A program made the translations under genes and the position numbers. From contig OZ242374.1 of NCBI GenBank assembly GCA_965209055.1, forward strand, positions 3,904,001-3,968,000: a stretch of 64,000 nucleotides of DNA, given 5' to 3'. Each line of letters opens with the position of its first letter. The first letter of the stretch is position 1. Positions 37,898-47,272 of this stretch are shown here, piece after piece. Origin of the DNA: Acidobacteriota bacterium. GTDB lineage: Bacteria; Acidobacteriota; UBA6911; RPQK01; JAJDTT01. The notes beneath the pieces were generated by a model. It saw only the letters and a list, made by a program, of their open reading frames with translations, ran no database searches and was not told where the DNA came from.

Positions 37898-39271
37898 TCA
37901 GTCAAAGAGATGGGCCAGGATGAGATCTCGGACTCCGGACGCCGGGACGCCGCCGTCGGGGACAAGTCCGGGTTCCGTGCTCAGGAAAACCGGTCCCTGA
38001 TTCGGATCTTCCGTGGGCCTGCCGTGGGAACCCTGGACCAGGTTTGCGTCCAGCGGGATGAGGTCCATGAGGTAGCGGAAGCCCAGCGCCTTCTGCAACA
38101 GTCTCAGTCCGACCTTGAGGAAGGGAAGCCGGATCCCCGGGTCCACGAAAAGTTCCGCGGGATCGTAGCCCGGCTTGCGGTGGATGTCCACGGTGCGGGC
38201 GAAATCGGGCGCCGACTTATCGTCGAGCCAGTAGTAGTAGGAGAACCACTTGTCGGCGTGGCTGATGGCCACCAGGTCTCCCGACCGCCGGTGATCGAGC
38301 CCCAATTCCCGCTGGTCCTCCCGGTCCAGGATCCGCTCGATGCCCGGAACCTGCTCCAGCAGTTTTCGGACCTGGGACCGGTGGGCCGGGTCCCGAACGT
38401 AGACGTGGGCGATCTGGTGATCTGCCACGGCGAAGGCGGGGCTGGCGCCCGGGTCCAGGATCTCCAGCCCCAGCTCCGGCCGGACGCGAATCCATCCGGC
38501 CTCGCGAAGGACCCGGTTGATGTGGATGGCGCCGGCTACAGGGGTGATCCCATACTCGGAGAGCACGATGACCCGCGTGTCCCGTTCCCGGAAGTAGTCC
38601 AGCAATCGGCCGCAGACGGCGTCGATTTCCCGGACGTCCTGGTGGACGCCGGGATGACCCGGTCCCAACCGCTGGAGGTTATAGTCCAGATGCGGCAGGT
38701 AGATGAGGGTCAGGGCGGGCCGGTGCCACTCCCAGACCCGCCGGCCCGCCCGGGCGATCCATTGGCTGGAGGCGATGCCGGCGCGGGGACCCCAGAAATC
38801 GAAGAACGGAAAGGGTCCGATGTCCGACTCCAGGCGCTGGGCCAGGTCGGCCGGGTGGGAGTAGATGGCCGGGATCTTCCTGCCGTCGGCCGGGTACATG
38901 GGACGCGGGGTCACGCTCCATTCGGCGCTGCTGTACATGTTGTACCACCAGAAGAGCTTGGCGCAGGTGACGCGGGGGTCGCGCCGACGGGCGGTTTCCC
39001 AGACCTTCTCTCCCGAAACCAGACGGTTGGATTGCCGCCAGAACCAGACCTCGGACAGATCGCGAAAATACCATCCGTTTCCCACGATGCCGTGGCCGGA
39101 GGGGGGGAGGCCGGTCAGGAAGGTGCTCTGGACGGTGGAGGTGACGGCCGGAGTCACCGTGCGCAGGGACCGGATGGCGCCGTTTTGCGCCAAGGCGCTC
39201 AGGTGGGGCGTGTCCGGTCCCAGGAGGGCCCGGGTGAGTCCGACGACGTTGATAACCGCGGTGCGGTGCAC
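37898..39271 (-). CDS. eboF: EboF-like alkaline phosphatase/nucleotide pyrophosphatase family protein
   Basis: VINVVGLT, PAVTSTVQSTFLTG, HGIVGNGWYFRD, YLPHLDYNLQR, LSEYGI, DHQIAHVY, VDIHRKPGYDP, GSHG. Confidence 0.85.
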   Translation of the reverse strand: MHRTAVINVVGLTRALLGPDTPHLSALAQNGAIRSLRTVTPAVTSTVQSTFLTGLPPSGHGIVGNGWYFRDLSEVWFWRQSNRLVSGEKVWETARRRDPRVTCAKLFWWYNMYSSAEWSVTPRPMYPADGRKIPAIYSHPADLAQRLESDIGPFPFFDFWGPRAGIASSQWIARAGRRVWEWHRPALTLIYLPHLDYNLQRLGPGHPGVHQDVREIDAVCGRLLDYFRERDTRVIVLSEYGITPVAGAIHINRVLREAGWIRVRPELGLEILDPGASPAFAVADHQIAHVYVRDPAHRSQVRKLLEQVPGIERILDREDQRELGLDHRRSGDLVAISHADKWFSYYYWLDDKSAPDFARTVDIHRKPGYDPAELFVDPGIRLPFLKVGLRLLQKALGFRYLMDLIPLDANLVQGSHGRPTEDPNQGPVFLSTEPGLVPDGGVPASGVRDLILAHLFD

Positions 39272-39333
39272 GAGGAGCTATTCCGGATCTATCACGACAT
39301 GATGGTGGAGACGGGGCGCCGGATGGGGCTGCC

Positions 39334-39939
39334 TCACGTGGCGTCCGTTCGCTTGAGACTGCCGAGCAATCGCTGCAGACCCGCGACGACCTCGCGGTGA
39401 GCCTTTCCGGGGTCCCCGGCCGAGGCGATCATCAGAGCTCCCTCGCTGATCGCGCCGAGAAGCAGGTGGGCCATCGCTCGTACCGGCAGAGGCTTCATCC
39501 TTTCCGCTTTCATGATCGCCTCGAGGCCCCGACTCAGTAATCCCAGTCCGTATTCGGCTTCGACCGTCCGCCAGCGTTCGACACCGAGTACGGCAGGCGC
39601 ATCCAGGAGCAGAATCTGCCGGATTCCCGGCTCGGTGCAAGCATCGAGAACGGCCAGATACCCAGCCTCGAGACGCGCCCAAGGCTCCGCTTCGGCGTCC
39701 ACCGCCGCCTGGATGTGCCCGGCCATCTCGCGCTCCGACGCCTCCACGACGGCGACGAAAAGCGCCTTCTTGTCCCGAAACTGATGATAGAGGGCGCCGC
39801 GGGTGACGCCGGCTCGACGGACGATCTCCTCCGTACCCGTCCCCGCATAGCCCTTCGCTTCAAAAAGTTTCCGCGCTACGCGGACGATCTCTCCGCGCGT
39901 CTTCTCGGACTGAAGGGCTTTTTTGGTCTTTACATGCAT
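39334..39939 (-). CDS. TetR/AcrR family transcriptional regulator
   Basis: ARKLFEAKGYAGTGTEEIVRRAGVTRGALYHQFRDK; start ATG 39939 lies inside an operator palindrome. Confidence 0.93.
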   Translation of the reverse strand: MHVKTKKALQSEKTRGEIVRVARKLFEAKGYAGTGTEEIVRRAGVTRGALYHQFRDKKALFVAVVEASEREMAGHIQAAVDAEAEPWARLEAGYLAVLDACTEPGIRQILLLDAPAVLGVERWRTVEAEYGLGLLSRGLEAIMKAERMKPLPVRAMAHLLLGAISEGALMIASAGDPGKAHREVVAGLQRLLGSLKRTDAT

Positions 39940-39974
39940 ACAGTCTGTATGTATAATGCGTACAGGCTGTATGC
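39929..39974 (+). promoter_or_regulatory. Sigma-70 promoter of the KS-AfsA operon with two TetR-type operators
   Basis: TTTACA(39929-34)-17 nt-TATAAT(39952-57); palindromes CATACAGTCTGTATG (39937-51) and GCGTACAGGCTGTATGC (39958-74). Confidence 0.75.
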
Positions 39975-40010
39975 TATCGCAAGCGGAGTCAGGAATCAAC
40001 GGAGTTATCG

Positions 40011-41876
40011 ATGATGAATGGATCTGTGTCCGGTGTGGTCATTGCCGCCATCAGCGAGGTCGTGCCCGATCTCGAGGTGAGCAATGAGTTCTTGCTTCAA
40101 GAGGGACGGCTGGTTCGGCCGCGCGCCCAGCGCGCCCTGGAGAAAATGGGCGTGGAAGGCCGAAGGCAATTCTCGGCCGAGCATTCGGATCCGATGGAAC
40201 TGCTTGAGGTCTGCGCCCGGCGATGCCTCGACCCTTACGGACCGGACGAAATCGGTCTGATCGCCACTTCCACCTGCAGCATCAAACGGCCCTCAGCCCG
40301 TCTCGTTCCCAATCCGGCATCCGATCTTCGCGTGCGCCTGGGATTGCCCAATGCGGGCACGTTGAGCTCGTATGGCGGCTGCACCTCTTTTCTCGGTCTC
40401 CTCGGCGCGGCTGCGGACTTTGTTCGGCTGAATCAACTCGCTGCGTTCGTCGGCGTCGTCGAATTGGATAACCGGAATGTTCCCACTGGGGTTCCCCGCT
40501 ATCTATTTGGCGATGGATGCGTAGGAGTGCTGCTGAGACCATCCGAGGAGCCGGATTCGGGATTCGTCGCGTACGACCGGCGCACGGGAACCGATGGCAG
40601 CGCAGAGTCCGATCGCATTGAGCGCGATATGAATGAGGGGCTCGTTTTCCAAAGCTGGGGGCGCTATGCCAACGCGCTATACATGAATGGAGCGGCAGTA
40701 AACAATTTCATCCAAAAAAAGGTCGCCCCGGCGCTGATAGGTTTTCTCGAGCGGTGCAACGCTTCTCCGGACAGTGTCGACGTCTTCGTCCCGCATCAGG
40801 CCAACCTGAGGGCCATTCGGTTTTTGCATCGCCGGTGCCTTCCCAACTCTCTGCTGGTGGAAACGGTCCGGCGCCGAGGAAACAACGCGGGAGCCAGCCT
40901 CGGCATCGCGATGGCCAAGGCCTTCACCGGTCTGATCCAGCGGGGCCAGCGGATCCTGCTGAGTGCCTTTGGATCCGGACCCAACATCGTCAATATGCTG
41001 TACCACGCAACCGGGCAGGAGGTTGTTGTCCGCGAGACGCTTACGCCAAGTGATGCCGGCGCCGGTAACCGGCCGACCGAATGGTTGGTGTCCCCGGGGA
41101 ATGCGGCTCCCCGTTATGCGCTGCTCACCCCGCCGGTTTTCGACCGCTACGAAGGAACCGGGATCCGGGTCCTGGTGGAGGATCCATGGCAGATCGACTT
41201 TTTTACCCGAGTCCTGCCCGGCCCCTGTTTGCTCATCGGCGCCAGCGCTCCCGCATCCGAGACCGAGTTCCGGCTGCAGCGGTGGGCAAACGGTCGCAAG
41301 CGAGAGCGGACAATTCGAACGGAGCCCGAGGTTGCGGGCGACTACGACGATAAGATTCAGGGTTTGCTCCTTCGCGTTTCCCCATTCGATGCGCCCTCCC
41401 TTCTGGACGATCTGCGCCAGAAGGGACGGATCGATCGTTGGATGGTCCACAAGCGACACGAGGCCAACGTCATGTTGTCCGGTGCTGTGCAGGTAGGAGG
41501 GCTCATTCATTTCCTGGCCTCGCCCCTGACAGAGGAGTTCCGGTTTGATCACGAGTCGGGGCATCTACAGGGGATGGCCCTGATGGAGATTGTTCGCCAG
41601 GCAATGATCGCTTCTTCGCATGTCATCGGAGTGCCCCGGGGGTGGGGGATGGTGATGACGAGTTTCCACGCGGATTACCACAAATTTGTCGACGGCGCAG
41701 CGCCCATCATTGTGAGGACGCTTCCCGGTCTCGGTAAGAGTTGGGCGCGACGAATGGAGGACTGGCAAAACAAACGTCCACATCGCGCCTGGGGTGTCGC
41801 CCAGGTCTTCCAGAACGGCCAATGTTGCGTTAGCGCCCACGTGACCGGAATGCTGCGGCCGTCGCCTGCCAAATGA
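40011..41876 (+). CDS. FabH-like ketosynthase III fused to an AfsA/ScbA-like hotdog domain
   Basis: KSIII triad GGCTSF / VPHQAN / GNNAGAS plus LFGDG and FGSG; C-terminal VHKRHEANVMLS...DHESGHLQGMALMEIVRQA. Confidence 0.8.
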   Translation: MMNGSVSGVVIAAISEVVPDLEVSNEFLLQEGRLVRPRAQRALEKMGVEGRRQFSAEHSDPMELLEVCARRCLDPYGPDEIGLIATSTCSIKRPSARLVPNPASDLRVRLGLPNAGTLSSYGGCTSFLGLLGAAADFVRLNQLAAFVGVVELDNRNVPTGVPRYLFGDGCVGVLLRPSEEPDSGFVAYDRRTGTDGSAESDRIERDMNEGLVFQSWGRYANALYMNGAAVNNFIQKKVAPALIGFLERCNASPDSVDVFVPHQANLRAIRFLHRRCLPNSLLVETVRRRGNNAGASLGIAMAKAFTGLIQRGQRILLSAFGSGPNIVNMLYHATGQEVVVRETLTPSDAGAGNRPTEWLVSPGNAAPRYALLTPPVFDRYEGTGIRVLVEDPWQIDFFTRVLPGPCLLIGASAPASETEFRLQRWANGRKRERTIRTEPEVAGDYDDKIQGLLLRVSPFDAPSLLDDLRQKGRIDRWMVHKRHEANVMLSGAVQVGGLIHFLASPLTEEFRFDHESGHLQGMALMEIVRQAMIASSHVIGVPRGWGMVMTSFHADYHKFVDGAAPIIVRTLPGLGKSWARRMEDWQNKRPHRAWGVAQVFQNGQCCVSAHVTGMLRPSPAK

Positions 41877-42529
41877 GCTGCATCAAGCGACAGGCGCCGG
41901 TGCTCTTCCTGATTGGGGGTATTCCCTGCCTGTTGGGAATCACAGTCCACCGCCTGCTCACACAGCCGTGGCCTCCTCACTGGGTGACGCTGGTTGTGGC
42001 AGGGATTTATCTGGGTTGGCTGCTTGCCGAAGCGGGCATCACGATGCGGGAACCGAGGAAGGAAGAGGCAACCGACGATCGGAGCAGTCTCGGACTATAC
42101 GCAACGGCGCGATGTGCGACTGTTCTCGGGACCGTTCTTTCGCCGCCCATGGAGGGAACGGTATCGGTGCGGTGGGTCCTGGTAGTCGCCGGAGTCACGA
42201 TCATGATCCTGGGCGTGGGCTTACGTCTGGCCGCGATCCGGAAACTGGCCGCCACCTACAGTCACAGCGTTCGGATCCCCTCTGACGGCATCGTCCGAAG
42301 CGGCGTCTATCGCTATCTTCGGCATCCCGCCTATACGGGGATGGTACTGGGTAATCTCGGATTCGTTGTCGCCCTGGCCAGCCCATGGGGAATGGCGGCA
42401 TTGCTCGGGCTGCTCCTACCCGCCGTGACTTATCGGATCCTGGTCGAAGAGTCGCTATTGCTTTCTACGCTGCCCGAGTATCGGGAGTTCGCAAAGGCGA
42501 GAAAGCGCCTCATCCCATTCCTATGGTAA
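41873..42529 (+). CDS. Isoprenylcysteine carboxyl methyltransferase (ICMT/PEMT) family membrane protein
   Basis: GVYRYLRHPAYTG, RILVEESLL, KRLIPFLW. Confidence 0.85.
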   Translation: MSCIKRQAPVLFLIGGIPCLLGITVHRLLTQPWPPHWVTLVVAGIYLGWLLAEAGITMREPRKEEATDDRSSLGLYATARCATVLGTVLSPPMEGTVSVRWVLVVAGVTIMILGVGLRLAAIRKLAATYSHSVRIPSDGIVRSGVYRYLRHPAYTGMVLGNLGFVVALASPWGMAALLGLLLPAVTYRILVEESLLLSTLPEYREFAKARKRLIPFLW

Positions 42530-43503
42530 TGAACGGTTGCGACTTGGTCCTGATCGGCGCAACGGGGTACGTCGGCACCGCCGTCCGGCGCAAACTGATC
42601 GAGGCTTGTCCCCGGAGCAGGGTGCGCGTCCTGGCCCGAAAGCGGCCGCCTCAGGGCACGCCGGCTATCCGGTGGATCCGATGTTCTCTCCCCGAAGTGC
42701 CGGATGGTGCGTTTCCACGCCGGCCCTACTTGCTCGTACATCTCGCCACCAGGCAGATCGATCCGGATGGCACAGGGTTTGTGGCCACAAACGTCACCGG
42801 TACGCTGAACCTGCTCCGCAAGTCAGATGCCAACCTTCGCGGCGTCGTGTACGGCAGCTCGGCGTCCGTGTACGGGCAGGGGCCCTTGCGGCCGGCGTTG
42901 GAGGTGGATCGTCCGAACCCGGTTACACCCCTGGCCAGCAGTCGAAGGGGGGCCGAGAAGGTGATTCTCAAAATGGCGGCAGAACGAGACTTCGGTGCGT
43001 ACCTTTGTCGGCCTCGCTTCATTATTGGCGGTGGGGATCGTTTTCTGGTTCCGCTGCTGGTTCGACTCGCCAGGATGCGACTGGCTGGTAGCCAAGCCGT
43101 GTCCTATTCCTTCATTCACGTTGACGACTACGCCAAAGTCATTCTCTTCATGCTGCAGAGGCTGGCAACCATACACGGGAATGGATCCAATCCGGAACGG
43201 CTGGCCGTCAACGTCGCCTACAGATCCGCACTCCCGCAGGAACAGATCCTGTCCACCGTACGTGGTATGGCGGGGCTTCCGGGTCCCCTGGTGAAATTGC
43301 GCTGCCCGCGTTCCCTTCTTGCCGGTCTCAGAGCGATGCCGGGTCGACGGCCGGACCGGCTGGCTACCCGCCTCGAGTTGCTGATGCAAGATCAGATTCT
43401 CTCCTGCCGCCGTCTCTCCGAGATGGGTTGTGACATTCCATCGCGTTCTCCCCAAGGACGGCTTGAGGTCGCCATTCGCCAATACCAAGAGGTCGGAAAA
43501 TGA
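42529..43503 (+). CDS. NAD(P)-dependent epimerase/dehydratase (extended SDR, atypical active site)
   Basis: GATGYVG, NVTGT, YGSSASVYG; YxxxK is replaced by LASSR; TAATG coupling. Confidence 0.8.
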   Translation: MNGCDLVLIGATGYVGTAVRRKLIEACPRSRVRVLARKRPPQGTPAIRWIRCSLPEVPDGAFPRRPYLLVHLATRQIDPDGTGFVATNVTGTLNLLRKSDANLRGVVYGSSASVYGQGPLRPALEVDRPNPVTPLASSRRGAEKVILKMAAERDFGAYLCRPRFIIGGGDRFLVPLLVRLARMRLAGSQAVSYSFIHVDDYAKVILFMLQRLATIHGNGSNPERLAVNVAYRSALPQEQILSTVRGMAGLPGPLVKLRCPRSLLAGLRAMPGRRPDRLATRLELLMQDQILSCRRLSEMGCDIPSRSPQGRLEVAIRQYQEVGK

Positions 43504-46163
43504 CCAGGACCGCCACTCCCTTGTTCGTTGTCGACTATCGGTCGAAGCTGCTGCAGGCTGCGGTGGGGCCAAAACTTGCGAATCTTGCTGCATTACACGC
43601 CGCCGGGTTTGCGGTTCCCCCCTTCTTCTGCCTGACGACGCACGCCTATGAGGCGGTGCTGTCTGCCCTCCGGCCCCAGGTCGAGGGTCTGTTCCGGGGT
43701 TGCGGCTCGTTTGACGCCGTGGCGGTACAGTCCTTGTCACGGAGAATCCAGCGGATGTTCCTCGACGTCCGCCTGCCCAACGGATTGGAAGAAGCGATCA
43801 AGGCTTCGTTTGAGGATCTCTTCGAGTACGGGGAGTTCGTGGCAGTTCGCGCGTCCGTGGCAGGGCACCGCGCCGAGGAGAGTGAAGACAGCGCGCACCA
43901 TCCCATGGCCGGCATGAGTGATTCGTTCCTGTTTGTTGGCGCCACGCAACTGGTTGCCAAAATCCGTCGCTGTTGGGCCTCGGGGTACGCCCCTGAAGCG
44001 ATCACCTATAGACGGCGGCTCGGGATCGCCCCTCACGGGTTCTCCGTTGCAGTGGGGGTACAGCGCATGGTCGCGTCGGCGCGATCCGTAGTGGCCTTCT
44101 CCTGCGACCCGCGGACAACTCTGAGGCAGACCGTCATCGCGGCAGGCTACGGAGTGGGGGAAGGCGTCGTCCAAGAGAGAGTGGGTGTGGATCACTTTTT
44201 CGTCAATCGAAAGTCCAGGGCCATCACCATTGAGATTGGTCCCAAGACGACAAAGCTGGTAAGGAACCCCGACGGCGACGGGTCCCCGCTCGTTGCCGAA
44301 CCCGTCCCCGTCAAGGCGGTGCGGGAACCCTGTTTGACCACGCGCGAGATTCTGAAACTCGACGCTATCGCACAAAAGGTGGAATGCCTGCTGGGATCGC
44401 CCCAGGACATCGAAGGCGCGTACGATTCGAAAGGCCGCCTCTATCTGCTGCAGAGCCGCCCGGTGCACCTGGACCATCGCACCATCCGAGTGTGGAGTAG
44501 CGCCAACGTCTCCGAGAGCTTTCCAAACGTTACGACCCCGCTGACGTACAGCATGGCGCGGCTCTTTTACCGCACCGTATTCTACGACTTCATCCGGCGC
44601 AGCGGGTGCCCGCCCGGCGTCCTTTACGAACAACTCCCCGACTTCGAACGCATGCTCGGCTTCATCAACGGTCGTGTCTACCATTCCTTGACCTACCTGC
44701 TCAGAGTGAACGGCATGGTGCCCATCGCCAAATGGTTCATAAGCGATCTGGAGGATGTGCTCGAGATGCCGGCTTCGATCGCTCAGGAGGACAGCGGTGG
44801 TGGAGGACTGTGGGCGACCTGCCGCGCGTCAATGATTGCCGGGCGCTGCGCGATGCGCTTGGGAAGGGAGTTTCGCGGGTTTGAAAGGTGGTGGCGGGAA
44901 TACCTCGGAGACCTCCGTCAGATCGAACTCGACGGCGCCGATCCGATGGTGGCGATGGCCACGTTTCGTGAAGTATGGAAGCAAGTCGGCCGCTGGTGGG
45001 GACTGACGCTGATCAACCACTGGTTGATCAACACCTACTTTGCCGCCGCCCGGAAACTGATCGGGAAATGGAATCTTGAGATCAACCTGAGCGATCTACT
45101 GTGCCGGGAGGATAACGCCGGCTCCCGTGCGATCACTTCCGCCATAAGGATCGCGGAACTCATTCGGGCCGATCCTCGTTCGGTAGAACTGTTCGAATCC
45201 ATGGACGATCAGGCGGTGTGGTCGGCCATCTTGACCCAGCCCGATTTTCGAGAGCTTCGAGGGTTAATCCAGCACCATCTCCGCAAGTACGGTGATCGTG
45301 GGGTAGCCGAACTCAACATGGAGGCCCCCGGCTTTCGACGCGAGCCCAAGCTGTTCGTCCGGACTTTGCGATCCTGCGTCTCCAAGGGACTGGTTGCGGA
45401 TGAGCTGGCGCACTCGGAGAAACAGATACGCGACCGCGCCAAAGAGCAGGTCTGGGCCGCACTGGGACGCCGCTCGATCCGCAGCTTCCTGTTTCTGGGG
45501 CTGATACACAGGCTCCGGATCACCGTCAACCAGCGGGAGGACAGCCGTTTCTGGCGCGGTGAGCTCTTCGGGTACTGCAAAGACATTTTTGACGTTCTCG
45601 CCAGCGCGCTGGTGAAGCAAGGTGCTCTGGACCGTCGTGCCGATGCCGTGTTTCTGACCCATGGGGAGATCTTCGGGTTCTTCGACGGCACGGGGGTGAC
45701 CGGCGACTTGCAAGCCTTGGTGGGAATTCGCCGGAGGGAGAAAGAGCGCCATGAACTCGATGCCGGCCCTCCTCGGGACTTTACGACCTGCGGACCCGTG
45801 CAGCCGGCAATCCCGAAAAACAGATCCGCGCTTGGGACCGACCGGGTCCTGCGCGGCATCGGATCGAGCGCCGGCGTCGTGGAGGGGCGCGCCAGGATCG
45901 TCCTCGACCCCACCAATGTCTGCATCGAGGCCAACGACATACTGGTGGCGCGCGAAACGGATCCCGGTTGGTTATTCCTCATGCTGGCGGGCCGGGGGAT
46001 TGTCGTTGAACGTGGCAGCATGTTGTCGCATACGGCGATCAGTGGACGGAAATTTGGCATTCCGACCGTTGTCGGGGTTCCGGACGCGACGCGTGTCATT
46101 CCCGAAGGGGCACGCGTCAGGCTGGATGGTGCGGGCGGTACGGTCACCATCGTGGAGGGCTGA
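43500..46163 (+). CDS. PEP-utilising enzyme, rifampin-phosphotransferase-like architecture
   Basis: N-terminal PPDK ATP-grasp (GPKLANL, VAVRAS, GVGEGVV, PQDIEGA, LLQSRPV); C-terminal His swivel (ETDPGW, GSMLSHTAI...FGIP). Confidence 0.88.
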   Translation: MTRTATPLFVVDYRSKLLQAAVGPKLANLAALHAAGFAVPPFFCLTTHAYEAVLSALRPQVEGLFRGCGSFDAVAVQSLSRRIQRMFLDVRLPNGLEEAIKASFEDLFEYGEFVAVRASVAGHRAEESEDSAHHPMAGMSDSFLFVGATQLVAKIRRCWASGYAPEAITYRRRLGIAPHGFSVAVGVQRMVASARSVVAFSCDPRTTLRQTVIAAGYGVGEGVVQERVGVDHFFVNRKSRAITIEIGPKTTKLVRNPDGDGSPLVAEPVPVKAVREPCLTTREILKLDAIAQKVECLLGSPQDIEGAYDSKGRLYLLQSRPVHLDHRTIRVWSSANVSESFPNVTTPLTYSMARLFYRTVFYDFIRRSGCPPGVLYEQLPDFERMLGFINGRVYHSLTYLLRVNGMVPIAKWFISDLEDVLEMPASIAQEDSGGGGLWATCRASMIAGRCAMRLGREFRGFERWWREYLGDLRQIELDGADPMVAMATFREVWKQVGRWWGLTLINHWLINTYFAAARKLIGKWNLEINLSDLLCREDNAGSRAITSAIRIAELIRADPRSVELFESMDDQAVWSAILTQPDFRELRGLIQHHLRKYGDRGVAELNMEAPGFRREPKLFVRTLRSCVSKGLVADELAHSEKQIRDRAKEQVWAALGRRSIRSFLFLGLIHRLRITVNQREDSRFWRGELFGYCKDIFDVLASALVKQGALDRRADAVFLTHGEIFGFFDGTGVTGDLQALVGIRRREKERHELDAGPPRDFTTCGPVQPAIPKNRSALGTDRVLRGIGSSAGVVEGRARIVLDPTNVCIEANDILVARETDPGWLFLMLAGRGIVVERGSMLSHTAISGRKFGIPTVVGVPDATRVIPEGARVRLDGAGGTVTIVEG

Positions 46164-47059
46164 TGCCGGCGGCACCTGTCCGTAGTCTGATTCGCTTCGT
46201 CTGGCGTCGGTATCCCCCCCTTCCGTATGTGGCCTGGGTATCCCTTTGGACCTGTGCGCTCGAGGGTCTCCTCGAACGACCCGAGCGCCTCGTCGACAGG
46301 CTGGATGTTCCCTTTGTCTTGACCGGGCTCAGCCTGTTCCTCGTCTCCTTCTTCATGCGGGTCGTCGATGAGATCCGCGACTACGAATACGATCGGGTGC
46401 ACCATCCTGAACGGGAGTTGGCCGCCGGCGTCGTGTCGTTCAGCGACCTGTACCTGCTGCTGGCGGTCACCGCCGTGATCCTTCTGGCTCTAAATGCGGG
46501 GAGGCCCGTCGGGGCCGGGCTGCTCGGCGCGATCATGGCGTATTCTCTCTTCTTGTGGTGGCTGGAAGTGCGTTGGCGCTTCTATCGCGAGCGGATGTTC
46601 TTCGCCATCGGCGTGGCCATTCAACTGCATGTGTTGCAGGCGATCTACGTTTGGGTTGTTCGTCCGGACTCAACGGCAGCCGCGCCGGCCATGAGCGTGG
46701 TCTTCGCAATCGCCTCCTTCGTTCTCGCCTACCTGCACTGGGAGGTGGCCCGGAAGACCCGCTGGCCCACGGCGGGCACTCCAGCGGCGAAGCTCTATTC
46801 AACGGAAGTAGGCGCCGTAGCCAGCAGTGCGATCTCCTTGGGGCTGATGACCGCTGCCGTAACGTTTCTCTCGTTCATTCTGCAGCCGTGGCAGCAGTGC
46901 GGCGCCGGCGTCGGTTGGCTCGTTCTGGCTCCTTGGGTTTGTTCGCTGCTCAATACGCTTGGATTCCTGTTGAGGACTCCCGGCGAGCATCGGCTGGGAC
47001 CGGGCGCGGCGATCGCCTATTTTTCATTTCTGGGAATTGTTGTCTTGGGTACTCTTTAG
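46163..47059 (+). CDS. UbiA prenyltransferase-like membrane protein
   Basis: RVVDEIRDYEYDRVHHPERELAAG (DxxxDxxxD...RP-like motif); about 8 TM; TGATG coupling. Confidence 0.75.
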   Translation: MPAAPVRSLIRFVWRRYPPLPYVAWVSLWTCALEGLLERPERLVDRLDVPFVLTGLSLFLVSFFMRVVDEIRDYEYDRVHHPERELAAGVVSFSDLYLLLAVTAVILLALNAGRPVGAGLLGAIMAYSLFLWWLEVRWRFYRERMFFAIGVAIQLHVLQAIYVWVVRPDSTAAAPAMSVVFAIASFVLAYLHWEVARKTRWPTAGTPAAKLYSTEVGAVASSAISLGLMTAAVTFLSFILQPWQQCGAGVGWLVLAPWVCSLLNTLGFLLRTPGEHRLGPGAAIAYFSFLGIVVLGTL

Positions 47060-47272
47060 ATTCTATCGCGCTGGCGCGCATCGTGGATGGAATACGTATC
47101 GGGTCAGGCGCTAGGAGTCTGCGCCGTAGAAATGATCGTAGCGAGAAAGTGGAGAATCGAGGACAGATTTTCACGATTTTGAGGTGCATAGTTGTTCTAT
47201 TCGCCGAGAAATCGGGGAAATATGGACCGATTCGCCGCTTTCGCAGTAGATTGATTTCTGCGGAGCAGGCTC

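Noticed and set aside
35267-39400. 807-aa and 540-aa plus-strand ORFs
   Set aside because: Antisense to the TonB receptor and eboF-like genes.
43500-46163. Calling this gene rph (rifampin resistance) or ppsA
   Set aside because: The domain order excludes canonical PpsA, and the operon context suggests biosynthesis; the substrate cannot be assigned from sequence.
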